This document shows, in pieces, positions 38,539 through 48,589 of a stretch of 64,000 bases of DNA. The notes beneath the pieces were generated by a model. It made no database searches and had not been told where the DNA came from. It was given only the letters and a program-made list of their open reading frames with translations. The position numbers and the translations under genes were made by a program. The stretch covers positions 33,624 to 97,623 of the forward strand of contig JBDTZG010000017.1 in the NCBI GenBank assembly GCA_040005235.1, in the 5' to 3' direction. Origin of the DNA: Acidobacteriota bacterium (GTDB taxonomy: Bacteria; Acidobacteriota; Thermoanaerobaculia; Multivoradales; UBA5704). The first letter of the stretch is position 1. Every line of letters starts with the position of its first letter.

Positions 38539-40292
38539 GCACGGCGCCCGCGGTCGAAAGCCGCCGGGGAGCGTTCGTCCCCCTCGTACTGCTCGCCGCG
38601 CTGCTGCTCGGCGGCGCGGTTCTCTGGACCTACGGGCCGATCCTCGACAACGGTTTCGTCTGGGACGACGGCGGAAACCTCGGCGTCGCCCGAGCGAGCT
38701 GGGACCGGGGCCTCTCCGGACTCGCCTGGGCGTTTCGCGAACCGTTCGGCGGCCACTACCAGCCGCTCACTTGGGCTTCCTACCAGCTCGACGCCCGGAT
38801 CTCCGGCGCCACCCCGCGCGGCGTTCACGCCACCCAGTTGCTGCTCCACCTCGCGAACACCGCGGCGGTCGCCTGGCTCGCGTGGGTCCTCGCCGCATGC
38901 CCCCCGCTCCGCTCGATTCCAACCTTCTCCGACCGTCGCGGCCGGGCACTCTTCGCCGTTTTGGCCGCGGCGCTCTTCGCCCTCCATCCGATCCGGGTCG
39001 AATCGGTGGCCTGGGCGACCGAGCGCCGGGATCTTCTTTCGACACTGTTCGCGCTCTCCGCCCTGGCGCTCCACCTGCGCGCGAGCCCTTCCGATGCGTC
39101 GGCTTCATCGGCCCGCGGCCGGGTGGCGTTCCTCCATGCGCTTTCGGCGCTCTCGCGGGCGCAGATGACGCTGCCGTTCGTTCTCCTGCTGGTCGATCTC
39201 TGGCCGCTCCGCCGGCTGGCGAACGAGCCCGATCACCGCACAGGTTTCTTGAGCTTGGTGCGCGAGAAATGGCTCTCCTTCGTGATCGCCGCGGCCTCGG
39301 CGGCGGCGGCGGTCTGGGCGCAGGCGAGCCACGGCGCGCTCACCTCTGCGACCGAGCACGGCGCGCTCGATCGGTTCGTCCAGGCGGGATACGGTCTGAT
39401 CTTCTACCCGGCCGCCCTGCTGTTCGGCAGCACCTTCCTGCCGCTCTACGAACGGCCTTTCCCGTTCGATCCGACGCTCCCGCGCTACCTCGGTCCCGCG
39501 CTCGGAGCGCTGGCGGTGCTCGCCGTGATCTTCTGGCTCCGCCGCCGCTTTCCGTCGACCGCGGTCGCTTCGGGTTCCTACGCCCTGCTCGTGCTACCGG
39601 TGCTCGGAATCGCCCAATCGGGGATTCAGCTGGTCGCGGATCGCTACGCCTACCTCGCCACGGTGCCGCTCGTTCTGCTCGCTGCGGGCGCCCTGGGGCG
39701 GCTCTGGATTTCCTCCCCGCGAGCGGTCCGGCTACTGCTCGCGCTGGGCCTCGCCGCCCTGCTCGCCGGCCAGGCGCACGCCACCCACCGGCAGACGCAG
39801 ATCTGGCAGAGCGACGAGACGCTCTGGCGCCACGTGCTCGACCACTCCTCGTCCTGCCTCGCGGACAACAACCTCGGTTACATCCTCTACGGTCGAGGCG
39901 AATCCGGCCCGGCGCTCTTCCACCTCGTACGGTCCCTCGAAAGGGTACCGTCCTATGGCCGGCCCTGGAGAGGGATCGCCGCCCTGCTCGAAGCACCGGT
40001 CGCGAGCGACGGCCCGCCCCCCCTCTGGGTGGCCGAAACGCTCGAAGGCGCCGCCGCCACGCAGGCGGACTCTGTCCTGCCCCGCTACGCCGCGGCGCTC
40101 GGCTGGATGCGCGCCGGAGACGACGGCCGCGCGGAGCGTGAGCTCAGAGAGGTACTGACGGTCGAGCCGGACCACGAGGGGGCGCGCCTGGCGCTCGCCC
40201 GGATCGCGGCCCGCCGCGATCCGGCCAATCCGGTGGCCCCGACGATCACCGGGCCAGCTTTTCCAGCTGCGCCCGCACCCCCGGGTCGATAG
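38535..40292 (+). CDS. TMTC-like GT-C membrane glycosyltransferase with TPR
   Basis: FVWDD, HYQPLTWAS, HPIRVESVAWATERRD and ADRYAYL motifs. TTG start overlaps the upstream stop. Confidence 0.75.
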   Translation: MSTAPAVESRRGAFVPLVLLAALLLGGAVLWTYGPILDNGFVWDDGGNLGVARASWDRGLSGLAWAFREPFGGHYQPLTWASYQLDARISGATPRGVHATQLLLHLANTAAVAWLAWVLAACPPLRSIPTFSDRRGRALFAVLAAALFALHPIRVESVAWATERRDLLSTLFALSALALHLRASPSDASASSARGRVAFLHALSALSRAQMTLPFVLLLVDLWPLRRLANEPDHRTGFLSLVREKWLSFVIAAASAAAAVWAQASHGALTSATEHGALDRFVQAGYGLIFYPAALLFGSTFLPLYERPFPFDPTLPRYLGPALGALAVLAVIFWLRRRFPSTAVASGSYALLVLPVLGIAQSGIQLVADRYAYLATVPLVLLAAGALGRLWISSPRAVRLLLALGLAALLAGQAHATHRQTQIWQSDETLWRHVLDHSSSCLADNNLGYILYGRGESGPALFHLVRSLERVPSYGRPWRGIAALLEAPVASDGPPPLWVAETLEGAAATQADSVLPRYAAALGWMRAGDDGRAERELREVLTVEPDHEGARLALARIAARRDPANPVAPTITGPAFPAAPAPPGR

Positions 40293-42051
40293 TTCTCTGA
40301 TTCCCGAGATCGAGCGCGCGCCGGGCGGCCGAGCGCGCCTCGTCCGGTCGTCCCAGCTCGACGAGCAAGAGCGCTTCGCGGAGCCGCGGCTCTCCCTCGT
40401 CCGGTTCGAGTGCGATGGCGCGGCGAATCGAGGCGAGCGCCTCTTCACGCCGTCCCTCGTCGCGCAACAGGACGGCCGATTGGTTCCAGAGCAGGGGGTC
40501 GGTCGGAAACCGGGCGAGCGCTTGGCCAAGCGTCGCGCGCGCACCGGCGCCGTCCCCCGTCCGCAGGCGCGCGACCACCAGGTTGCGCCAGGCCGGCAGA
40601 TAGGCGGGGTTGCGCGCCACAAGATTTTCGAGCTCGGCCACTGCCGTCTCCGGGCGCCCTACCCGCAGCGCGAGAAGGGCGCGGCGCAGCCGCGGGAGCT
40701 GCGCGCGGGGATCGAGCGCGATCGCCCGCTCCAGCGCCTCGGAAGCGGCGCCGAAGTCGCCCGCCTCGGAGCGGCGGCGCGCCCATTCGGTCCAGGCCGT
40801 GGTGCTCCCCGGGTCGGAGCGGATCGCCTGCGCCCAGAACCGCTCCTCGTCGGCGAACGGCCGAGACGAGACGCACGACAGCGCGGCGCCGGTCGTGAGC
40901 AGGGCCATCCACACAGCGATGCGGAGCTTCCGGCGCCCCTCTTCGATTGGCAGCAGGAGCGCAACCGCCCAGGCGAGGCCGAGGCTCGGCAGCAGGAGAT
41001 ACCGGTCCATCACCATCCATTCCGGATTGACCGCCCAAAGCGCGAGCACCGGCGCGATCCACGCCGCGCACCAGAGCAGGGGCCGGCCGAGCGCCGGACG
41101 ACGGCGCACCCCCCAGACGATCACAGCCAGAAGGATGGCCAAGGTGACGGCCGCGCCGAGCGCCGCGGGCGAAAACACCGCGGGCGCCGGACGGGCCGGA
41201 TCGAGCAGGAAGAGATCGACCGGAAGGAGCAGGTCGCGGGCATAGGCCAGGAGGGCAATCGGCACGCTCGCAAGCGCCACCGGCAGGGAGGGGGCGGTCG
41301 GAAAGCGGTGCGCCAGGGAACCGAGCACCTCCCGGCGATAGAAAAGATAGCCGGCCGTGACGACGCACAACACGAGCAGCTCCCGAAGGGGCCGGCGCGC
41401 TACAAGGCCCTCCGGAGAGACGCCGAAGGGGAAAGCCCCGGCCGCTTCGACCGCACAAAACAGCAGCAGGCCGACCGCCGGCTCTTTGGCGAGTAGGGCG
41501 ACCGCGTAAGCGACGCCGAGCGCCAGCAGCGCCGTTCCAGCAGGCCGGGCCTTCTCCGCCGAGGTGCGGTAGGCGAGATAGGCAACGAGGCTCAAGACGC
41601 CGAACAGAAGATCCTGCAAGCCCGAAACCCAGGCCGCGCTCTGCGCGTGGGCCGGGTGGAAGCTGAACAGGAGCGAGGCGGCGAGCGCCGAACCGACGCC
41701 CAAGCCCTCCTTCCGAAGCAGAGCGAAGGCCAGGCCGCCGAGCAGGCCATGGAGGACGATCGCCGCCGCGTGCCACCCCAAAGGTACCTCGCCGAACAGC
41801 CGGAAGAGACCCGCGGCGAGCGCCAGAAACAGCGGGCGCAGGTAGTTCGTGGTCGGCGCTTCGCTGGTCCGGGCGTGGGGATCGAGATCGGTCGTAAACA
41901 GCTCGCCGATCCCCTGCGGCGCGCGGACGACCGGGTTTTCGATCAGCAGCGGCCGATCGTCGAAGACGAAGCCGAACCGGAGCGTCGGCAGGTAGAGCGC
42001 GATGGGCAACAGCACCGCGGCGAGCCAAGCGAGCCGGCGGCGATGCGCCAT
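40246..42051 (-). CDS. TMTC-like GT-C membrane glycosyltransferase with several TPRs
   Basis: FVFDDRPLLIENP, YLRPL, HPAHAQSAAWVSG, LLAKE and DRYLLLP motifs, plus a TPR tail. Confidence 0.75.
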   Translation of the reverse strand: MAHRRRLAWLAAVLLPIALYLPTLRFGFVFDDRPLLIENPVVRAPQGIGELFTTDLDPHARTSEAPTTNYLRPLFLALAAGLFRLFGEVPLGWHAAAIVLHGLLGGLAFALLRKEGLGVGSALAASLLFSFHPAHAQSAAWVSGLQDLLFGVLSLVAYLAYRTSAEKARPAGTALLALGVAYAVALLAKEPAVGLLLFCAVEAAGAFPFGVSPEGLVARRPLRELLVLCVVTAGYLFYRREVLGSLAHRFPTAPSLPVALASVPIALLAYARDLLLPVDLFLLDPARPAPAVFSPAALGAAVTLAILLAVIVWGVRRRPALGRPLLWCAAWIAPVLALWAVNPEWMVMDRYLLLPSLGLAWAVALLLPIEEGRRKLRIAVWMALLTTGAALSCVSSRPFADEERFWAQAIRSDPGSTTAWTEWARRRSEAGDFGAASEALERAIALDPRAQLPRLRRALLALRVGRPETAVAELENLVARNPAYLPAWRNLVVARLRTGDGAGARATLGQALARFPTDPLLWNQSAVLLRDEGRREEALASIRRAIALEPDEGEPRLREALLLVELGRPDEARSAARRALDLGNQRTIDPGVRAQLEKLAR

Positions 42052-42058
42052 CGCGGCC

Positions 42059-43531
42059 CTACTCGCGCTCGGAAACAGCGGGTGCCGGGCGCAGCTCCAG
42101 ATCTCCCGCCGCGACGGCGTAGATCACGCCGGTCCAGGCCGCGACCACCTGATCGAGATCTTTGGGGTCGATTTTGTCGATCGTGTCGTTGGCGCTGTGG
42201 TGGATGTCGAAATAGGTCGTGCCGTCCTGATCGAACGCGATCACCGGGACGGTGGCCGGGGCCATCGGCGAAAGGTCGGCGCCGCCGCCGGAATCGTTCG
42301 TCGGCTCGAAGGCGACGCCCAACGGCTTCGCGATCTCGGCGATCGCCCCGAACGAAGCGAGGGCGGCCGGAGCGATCCGGGTCTTGATCCGGTAGACCCG
42401 GCCGGAGCCGAAATCGGCTTCGGCGGCGGCGAAGTGGCGCGGCAACTCGGCGGCGTGCGCCGCCGCGTAGGCTTTGGCCCCTGAGAGACCGAATTCCTCG
42501 TTCGCGAACAGGACCACGCGGATCGTCCGCCGCGGCCGTTCCGCCGCGGGTAGCTGGCCGATCCGCCGCGCGGTCTCGATCACGATGCCGCAGCCCGCGC
42601 CGTCGTCGATCGCGCCGGTGCCGAGGTCCCACGAGTCGAGGTGCGCGCCGAGGAGGATGATCTCTTCTTTCGCCGTCCCCGCATCGCGGCCGGGGATCTC
42701 GCCGATCACGTTCGCCGAGGGGGCGTTGGGGAAGCGCTTGGTTTCCAGCTCCAGCCGGAAACGCACCGGCTGCCCCGAGGCCAGCTCCCCTTCCAACAGA
42801 TCGGAATCCGGCGCCGAAAGCGACGCGGCAGGCACCGTCGCCTCCCCCTCGGTGATCCGCATCGCGCCCGTGTGCGGCAGGCGGTTCGAGTCGGTGCCGA
42901 CCGAACGGATCAACAGACCTACCGCCCCCTTCTTCGCCGCCTCGGCCGCCCCCACGCCCCGCACACCCACTGCGGCGCCGTAGCCGGAGCCGTCGGGTTT
43001 GCGCTCCATGTGGTTGCTGACGAAGACGATCTTGCCCTTCGCCTGGGCGGGATCGAGCGCTTTGAGCGCCTCCAGGTTCGCCACCCCGAGCACCTCCGCC
43101 TCCACCCCTCCCGCCGGGCTCGCGGCGCTGCCGCCGAGGGCCGTGAGCGTCACCGTCTGCGGCCAGGGGGAAAGGATCGCTCCGGCGTTTCGGCCCCGCT
43201 CCCAATGCGGCACCTCGGCGGCCTCGGCTCGGACGTTCTGGAAACCGAGCTCGGTGAGTTTCTTCTTCGCCCAGAGGACCGCGCGCGGATCGCCGGCCGA
43301 GCCGGCCGAGCGCGGGCCTACCTCGAAGGTCAGTGAGCGGACGATCTCGTAGCTCTGGGTGCCGGCGAGCGCTTCATCGCGGAGCCTGGCGGCGACCGCA
43401 GCTACCGTTGGGGCAAGACTCGGAGGCGCGGTATCCGCGGCGGGCGCGGCAGGCGCGGCGTAACCGGCCGCGCCACCGAGAAACGCCAAAACCACAGCCA
43501 AAGCGCTCGGAACGGGGCGAACCTGTGCCAT
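42059..43531 (-). CDS. M28 family metallopeptidase (carboxypeptidase Q-like) with PA domain
   Basis: GAHLDSWDLGTGAIDDGAG, ANEEFG and YFDIHHSANDT motifs. Confidence 0.9.
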   Translation of the reverse strand: MAQVRPVPSALAVVLAFLGGAAGYAAPAAPAADTAPPSLAPTVAAVAARLRDEALAGTQSYEIVRSLTFEVGPRSAGSAGDPRAVLWAKKKLTELGFQNVRAEAAEVPHWERGRNAGAILSPWPQTVTLTALGGSAASPAGGVEAEVLGVANLEALKALDPAQAKGKIVFVSNHMERKPDGSGYGAAVGVRGVGAAEAAKKGAVGLLIRSVGTDSNRLPHTGAMRITEGEATVPAASLSAPDSDLLEGELASGQPVRFRLELETKRFPNAPSANVIGEIPGRDAGTAKEEIILLGAHLDSWDLGTGAIDDGAGCGIVIETARRIGQLPAAERPRRTIRVVLFANEEFGLSGAKAYAAAHAAELPRHFAAAEADFGSGRVYRIKTRIAPAALASFGAIAEIAKPLGVAFEPTNDSGGGADLSPMAPATVPVIAFDQDGTTYFDIHHSANDTIDKIDPKDLDQVVAAWTGVIYAVAAGDLELRPAPAVSERE

Positions 43532-43576
43532 CTCGGACGGCCTCCTAGGAATCGACGGTGAGGAAACGGGCGTCGC

Positions 43577-44704
43577 TCAATACGACGCGGCCGGGCCGCG
43601 CGATAGGTCGTGGAGCGCCGCCCGCCATTCGGCGAGCGCATGCTCGAATGTCACGCGCGCCGCGGCGGCGCGATGCTCCAGGTCTTCGGCCGCCGCACGG
43701 ACTTTCTGTCTTTCCCAGCGCAGCAGGTCGGTGATCGCCTGGTCGAGCTTCCCGTGCGCCTCGGCGATCCGGCGCTCCCGCTCGACGCGAACCGAGGTGA
43801 CCAGCCGGGCGATCCGCTCGCGCGCCCCTTCATACTGAACGGCGGCTTTGGCGCGCAGGATCTGCAGATCCGAGGCGCGGCGCAGCCCCTGGGCCAGGCC
43901 GAGCTTTTCCAGGCCCCAGATCAGCCATTTCGCCGGATCGACGTGCCAGGCGCGGATACCGTTGCGATAGTCGAACGGAAAGCTGTGGTGGTAGTTGTGG
44001 TACCCCTCGCCGAAAGCCAGGACCGCCATCAAGCCGCTATCCCGGGCGGAGACCTCGCGGCTGTACGGCCGGCGTCCCAACATGTGGCAGGCGCTGTTGA
44101 TCAGGAACGTCCCGTGGTGGGAGACCACGATCCGCAACACGACGCCGATGATCAGACAGCCGAGCAGCCGCCCGGTCAGTAAACCCACGAGCGCCGGAAT
44201 GCCCACCGCGACCGAGATCGCGATCGTCTTGTACCAGCGCCGTTGCCAGGCGATCAGCGGGTCGGCGATGAGGTCGCGGACGATCGTTTCGATGTGCTCT
44301 TCGGTGTCGAAGAAGACCCAGCCGATGTGCGCCCACCAGAAGCCTTTCTGGATGTTGTACGGGTCCTGCTCCTCATCGGTATGGTCGTGATGCAGCCGGT
44401 GGTCGGCCGCCCATTCGAGCACCGAGTTCTGGAACGTCGCGGCGCCGAAGATCAGGTAGAACAGCTTGACCGGCCAGACGGTCTCGTAGGTCTTGTGCGA
44501 CCAGAGCCGGTGATAGCCGCCGGTGATCGACATCCCCCCCGCGATCCATAGGCCGAAGAAGGTCAGCCATTCCGGCCAGCCGAAACCGTGGGTCGCGAGG
44601 TACCACGGAACGGCGATCGCCGCAGCGAGAAAGGTGCCAAGTAGGAAGACGAGGTTGGTCCAGTTGATCTGGCGGGTCGGGGCGGGCGTAGACACTTCCG
44701 TCAC
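43577..44704 (-). CDS. Delta-9-type fatty acid (acyl-CoA) desaturase
   Basis: His boxes HRLWSH, HRLHH and HNYHH. Confidence 0.92.
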   Translation of the reverse strand: MTEVSTPAPTRQINWTNLVFLLGTFLAAAIAVPWYLATHGFGWPEWLTFFGLWIAGGMSITGGYHRLWSHKTYETVWPVKLFYLIFGAATFQNSVLEWAADHRLHHDHTDEEQDPYNIQKGFWWAHIGWVFFDTEEHIETIVRDLIADPLIAWQRRWYKTIAISVAVGIPALVGLLTGRLLGCLIIGVVLRIVVSHHGTFLINSACHMLGRRPYSREVSARDSGLMAVLAFGEGYHNYHHSFPFDYRNGIRAWHVDPAKWLIWGLEKLGLAQGLRRASDLQILRAKAAVQYEGARERIARLVTSVRVERERRIAEAHGKLDQAITDLLRWERQKVRAAAEDLEHRAAAARVTFEHALAEWRAALHDLSRGPAASY

Positions 44705-44816
44705 GATGTTGACTCTCCGAAGGCAGTTGGGGGGCTACCGAGCTGGCGTCGCCGGAAAGAATAACAGGAAAGGGCGGTGACCCCCACCTCCCTAAAGCGA
44801 ATAGAGTTCGCGGCCG

Positions 44817-45740
44817 ATGAATTCCACCCCCAAAGCCGAACGTCCAACCGGCGCGCGCCTCGCGATCTTGACCGCCCTCGCGTTGCTCGCCTTCGCCGGC
44901 AATTCCCTCCTCTGCCGCGCCGCTCTTTCCTCCTCGGGGCTCGACGCCGGAGCGTTCACCCTGATCCGCCTGGTCTCGGGTGCCTGCGCACTCGGTCTGT
45001 TCGCCCGGCCTTGGAAGCAGCGACTCCATCCCCGCGCCGGAAGCTGGGTTGCCGCGGTCGCGCTGATCGTCTACGCCGGGGGCTTTTCCTGGGCCTATCT
45101 TCACCTTACTGCGGGAACCGGCGCGCTCCTGCTCTTCGGCGCGGTACAGGCGACGATGAACCTCGCGGCTTGGGCGTCCGGGGAGCGGCCCGGTCCCCTC
45201 GCGCTCGCCGGTCTGGCGTTGGCCTTCACCGGCCTCGCCGTCCTGGTCGCCCCAGGGCTCGCGGCCCCTCCCCTCGGAGCGGCGCTTTCGATGCTCGGCG
45301 CGGGCGTCGCCTGGGGGATCTACTCGCTCCGCGGGCGCGGCAGCCGCGACCCGCTCGGCGAGACGGCGAACCACTTCATACGGGCCGCCTTTCTCGCCGT
45401 GGTGTCGTTTTGTGTTCTTGCCTTGTTCGGGCGTCAGCCGTCGGTAGAAATCCAATTCCTGCCGCTCGCCTACGCGGTCCTTTCCGGCGCGATCACCTCA
45501 GGAATCGGCTACGCCATCTGGTACACCGCTCTCCGGGGTCTCGCCGCCACCCGCGCCGCCCTGGTGCAGCTCGCCGTCCCGCCGCTCGCCGCCCTCGGCG
45601 GCACCCTGCTGCTCGGCGAGGTTCCGACGTTGCGCCTGATCGGAGCCTCCCTCCTGATCCTCGGCGGCATCGCGATCGGAGTCACCGGACGAAGAGCCTC
45701 GGAAGTAGACTCCGGACTGCTTCGGGAGAGACGACCATGA
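44817..45740 (+). CDS. DMT/EamA family transporter
   Basis: About 10 TM helices, AFAGNSLLCRAAL and SGIGYAIWY. Confidence 0.88.
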   Translation: MNSTPKAERPTGARLAILTALALLAFAGNSLLCRAALSSSGLDAGAFTLIRLVSGACALGLFARPWKQRLHPRAGSWVAAVALIVYAGGFSWAYLHLTAGTGALLLFGAVQATMNLAAWASGERPGPLALAGLALAFTGLAVLVAPGLAAPPLGAALSMLGAGVAWGIYSLRGRGSRDPLGETANHFIRAAFLAVVSFCVLALFGRQPSVEIQFLPLAYAVLSGAITSGIGYAIWYTALRGLAATRAALVQLAVPPLAALGGTLLLGEVPTLRLIGASLLILGGIAIGVTGRRASEVDSGLLRERRP

Positions 45741-46216
45741 AGAGCGCCTCGATCTGCCTATTCGCCGCCTGGTTTGTCGGCTACGGCCTGGCCTCTGCCG
45801 CCGAGGCTCCCCCGCCCGATCCGACCACCGAGGCCCGCGCGCAGGTGGAAGCGGCCGTTCAATCGTACGCGGCGGCGATCCACACCTCGGTGGACAAGCT
45901 CGCGGATCTCTACGCCGCCGACGGCGAGCTGATCCAGCCCGGCAGAGACCCGCTCGTAGGCCCCGACGCGATCCGCGGGTTCCTCGCACCGCTGACCAAG
46001 AAGGTGAGGATCGAAGACGCGACGATGACCACCCAAGCCATCGAGCTATACGGTGACGAAGCCTACGTCTGGGGCGACTACAGCCAGCGGGTGGCGGTGG
46101 GCGAACAGCCGCTCGCCACCTTCACCGGCCGCTTCATCGCTCAATGGCACCGCGCCGAAGGGGTCTGGAAACTCCGCCGCATGATGGTCCAGCCGGCACC
46201 GACGGCCGCGGGGTAA
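45737..46216 (+). CDS. Exported SnoaL/NTF2-like (DUF4440) protein
   Basis: ATGA overlap, signal peptide and LADLYAADG...GPDAIRGF...GVWKL. Confidence 0.75.
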   Translation: MKSASICLFAAWFVGYGLASAAEAPPPDPTTEARAQVEAAVQSYAAAIHTSVDKLADLYAADGELIQPGRDPLVGPDAIRGFLAPLTKKVRIEDATMTTQAIELYGDEAYVWGDYSQRVAVGEQPLATFTGRFIAQWHRAEGVWKLRRMMVQPAPTAAG

Positions 46217-46243
46217 ATCGATATCGGGCGCTGCGCGCCTACC

Positions 46244-48499
46244 CTACCGCTGGAACGCGTACGAGACCTTGAAGAACGCCTGGCGGGAGACCGGGGCGAG
46301 GTCTCCCTGGTCGTCGAGAGTGCGGGCGTCGCCGATCCCTAGGAACAGAACGGTCTGCCAGTTCAGCTTGTAGCCGAGGAGAGCCGAGCCGGTGCGGGTT
46401 TTCTTCCTCTCCTCCCCCACTCCCGGAACGGGCCGGCGCGCGAGGTCGGTCGAAGTGCGGATCTCTTCGCCGATCAGGCGCAAGAAGGTGCGCGAGTTGA
46501 AGTTGTAGTTGGCGCGCAGGCGGGCGAGGTCGGCGGTGAGAAACCGGCCGGAATCGACGTCCAGCCAGCGCTTGGTGGCGGAGAGCTGTAGGTCCAGATG
46601 CTGCCCTGGGCGGATCACCGAGGTGAGCTTGACCGAGCCTCCCTTGCCGGGGCGCGAATTGCCGAAATCCACGTCGTCGCCGATGAACCCCATAAGGGTG
46701 ATCTGGCCGAACCGGCGCGACGGGCTGATCTCGGAGTAATACTCAAGGTAGCGCCGATCGAAAATCCGATCGCCGGAGCGGATGCGCTCGAATTTGTAGC
46801 TGAGCTCGGTGTAGCTGTTGTGCGCGCCGTCGAAGGTGAGTTTCGGCACCACGCGCGAACGGAGCAGCCGGCCGGAGGAGTCCTCCGAGTAACGCATGGC
46901 GAACCCTGGCCGGACCGAGCGGAAAGGCCCGTGTTTCGGGTAATAGAGCCGCGTGTACTGCGACAGCCCTTCGCGATAGCCGACCTGCGGCAGAAACCCG
47001 ACGTCGGCTCGGAATTCGTCGCCGATGTCGGTATAGGAAGTGAACAGCTCGTAGCCTTTGCGGGTGCGCATGTGCTCCAGGTAGGCGCCGTGCGAGCGGA
47101 GTTGCCGGCCGTCCCACTCGGCGACGCCGCTCGCCGGGTCGTTCGGTGTCCGCGTATCGTTCAGGAGGAACTGACCGGTGACCAAGTCCCCGCCGCCCGC
47201 GGTCGTCTTGCGCCATTGGAAATCGGGTCCGAACACCCGGCTGTGGCTGTCGCCGTCGCTCTCGCGCAGAGTCGCCAAAAAGCTCACGAAAGAGGTGCCG
47301 AAATCGCGGCGAACGCGGGCCAAGCCGACTTTCGACGAAAAATCCTGGTCGGCGAAGTCGGAGCCCTGCGGCCCGGGGATGATCACGCTGCCGCCCCCTC
47401 GATCGTCGGCGACCAGCGCGGTGTAGGCCGTCGAGCCGAAATGCCCGGTCGCCCGCGCTCCCCAGCGCGGCGAGGTGATGGTGCGGGTGTAGACCACCTG
47501 GAGGGGAGTGGCCAGCAGGTCGAGTCCTTCTAAGAAGAACGGCCGCTTCTCTTCGACGAACAAAGCGAAACGCTCGTTCGCGGTCACCTGCGAGGCGTCG
47601 GATTCGACCTGCGAAAAGTCCGGGTTGATCGTCGCGTCGATCGCGTGGTTGGCGTTGGGCAGCCACTTGAAATCGCCGCCGACGTTCGAATCGAAGTCGC
47701 CTTTTTCGAGCCGGCTGCCCACTTCGTCCTCGCGCGCCCAAGGCTGGTTCGCCGCCACATACGGCGCCACCACGTAATGGGCGCCGGTCGGCAGGCCGGC
47801 GAGACCGGTGAGCGCGTTTTCGTTGCAGACGAAGCAGTTCTTGCCGCGCGGCATCGGCGCGGAAAACATCTGGTAGCGAAAGTCGCGCGGATAGTTGCGG
47901 TAGAGCATCACGCCCCAGGTCTGCGGGTCCCCCTTGCCGTAGCGCAGGGAAGAGAAGGGGATGCGCATCTCGACGTTCCAACCCGTGGCGGTCGCCGTCG
48001 TCGCCGAGTCCCAGAACAGGTCGACCGACGAGCTCTCGCCCGTGACGTCGGAGTTGATTGAGTCGTATTGGATGTTGTTCGGGTTGGCCACGAACAGATA
48101 GCCGGTTTTGCCGTCGTGGCCGGAGTCGATCAGGATGCCCGCGTAGTCGGTGTCCGACGGCACCGCGTCGCGGTCGGAGAAGAACGCCCGAATGCTCTTC
48201 GGGTCGGGATCGGTCATTTCAAGCGCGACGTAGAAATAGCGATCGTCATAAGCGAGCCAGGCGACGGTCTTGGCCGGCGGCTCGCCGTTCTCGTTCCGGT
48301 TGGTCTCCCAGAAGCGGTCGATCCGCACGACGCTTTGCCAGCCGGCATCGGTCAAATCGCCGTCGATCTCGATCTTTCCCGTCGCTCGGACGACGTGCAA
48401 CTCGGGAGTCTCGATTTTTGCGGCTGGCGCCTCTTGCGCCGAATATCCAACGGACGAAATCAGGACGAAAAGGCCGAGGCCCAAAACGGCGATACGCAT
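46244..48499 (-). CDS. CBM9-like domain plus DUF5916-type outer-membrane beta-barrel protein
   Basis: IDGDLTDAGW, AYDDRYFYVA, EMRIPFSSLRY, INPDFSQVESD and EKRPFFLEG motifs. Confidence 0.8.
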   Translation of the reverse strand: MRIAVLGLGLFVLISSVGYSAQEAPAAKIETPELHVVRATGKIEIDGDLTDAGWQSVVRIDRFWETNRNENGEPPAKTVAWLAYDDRYFYVALEMTDPDPKSIRAFFSDRDAVPSDTDYAGILIDSGHDGKTGYLFVANPNNIQYDSINSDVTGESSSVDLFWDSATTATATGWNVEMRIPFSSLRYGKGDPQTWGVMLYRNYPRDFRYQMFSAPMPRGKNCFVCNENALTGLAGLPTGAHYVVAPYVAANQPWAREDEVGSRLEKGDFDSNVGGDFKWLPNANHAIDATINPDFSQVESDASQVTANERFALFVEEKRPFFLEGLDLLATPLQVVYTRTITSPRWGARATGHFGSTAYTALVADDRGGGSVIIPGPQGSDFADQDFSSKVGLARVRRDFGTSFVSFLATLRESDGDSHSRVFGPDFQWRKTTAGGGDLVTGQFLLNDTRTPNDPASGVAEWDGRQLRSHGAYLEHMRTRKGYELFTSYTDIGDEFRADVGFLPQVGYREGLSQYTRLYYPKHGPFRSVRPGFAMRYSEDSSGRLLRSRVVPKLTFDGAHNSYTELSYKFERIRSGDRIFDRRYLEYYSEISPSRRFGQITLMGFIGDDVDFGNSRPGKGGSVKLTSVIRPGQHLDLQLSATKRWLDVDSGRFLTADLARLRANYNFNSRTFLRLIGEEIRTSTDLARRPVPGVGEERKKTRTGSALLGYKLNWQTVLFLGIGDARTLDDQGDLAPVSRQAFFKVSYAFQR

Positions 48500-48589
48500 G
48501 CCGCCCTTCTACGCGGGAACCGAGGGAAGGTTGCGCGGGGGCCGGACCCTCATAGAATGCGCCCGGCTTCACCCCGGAGGATTCACCCG

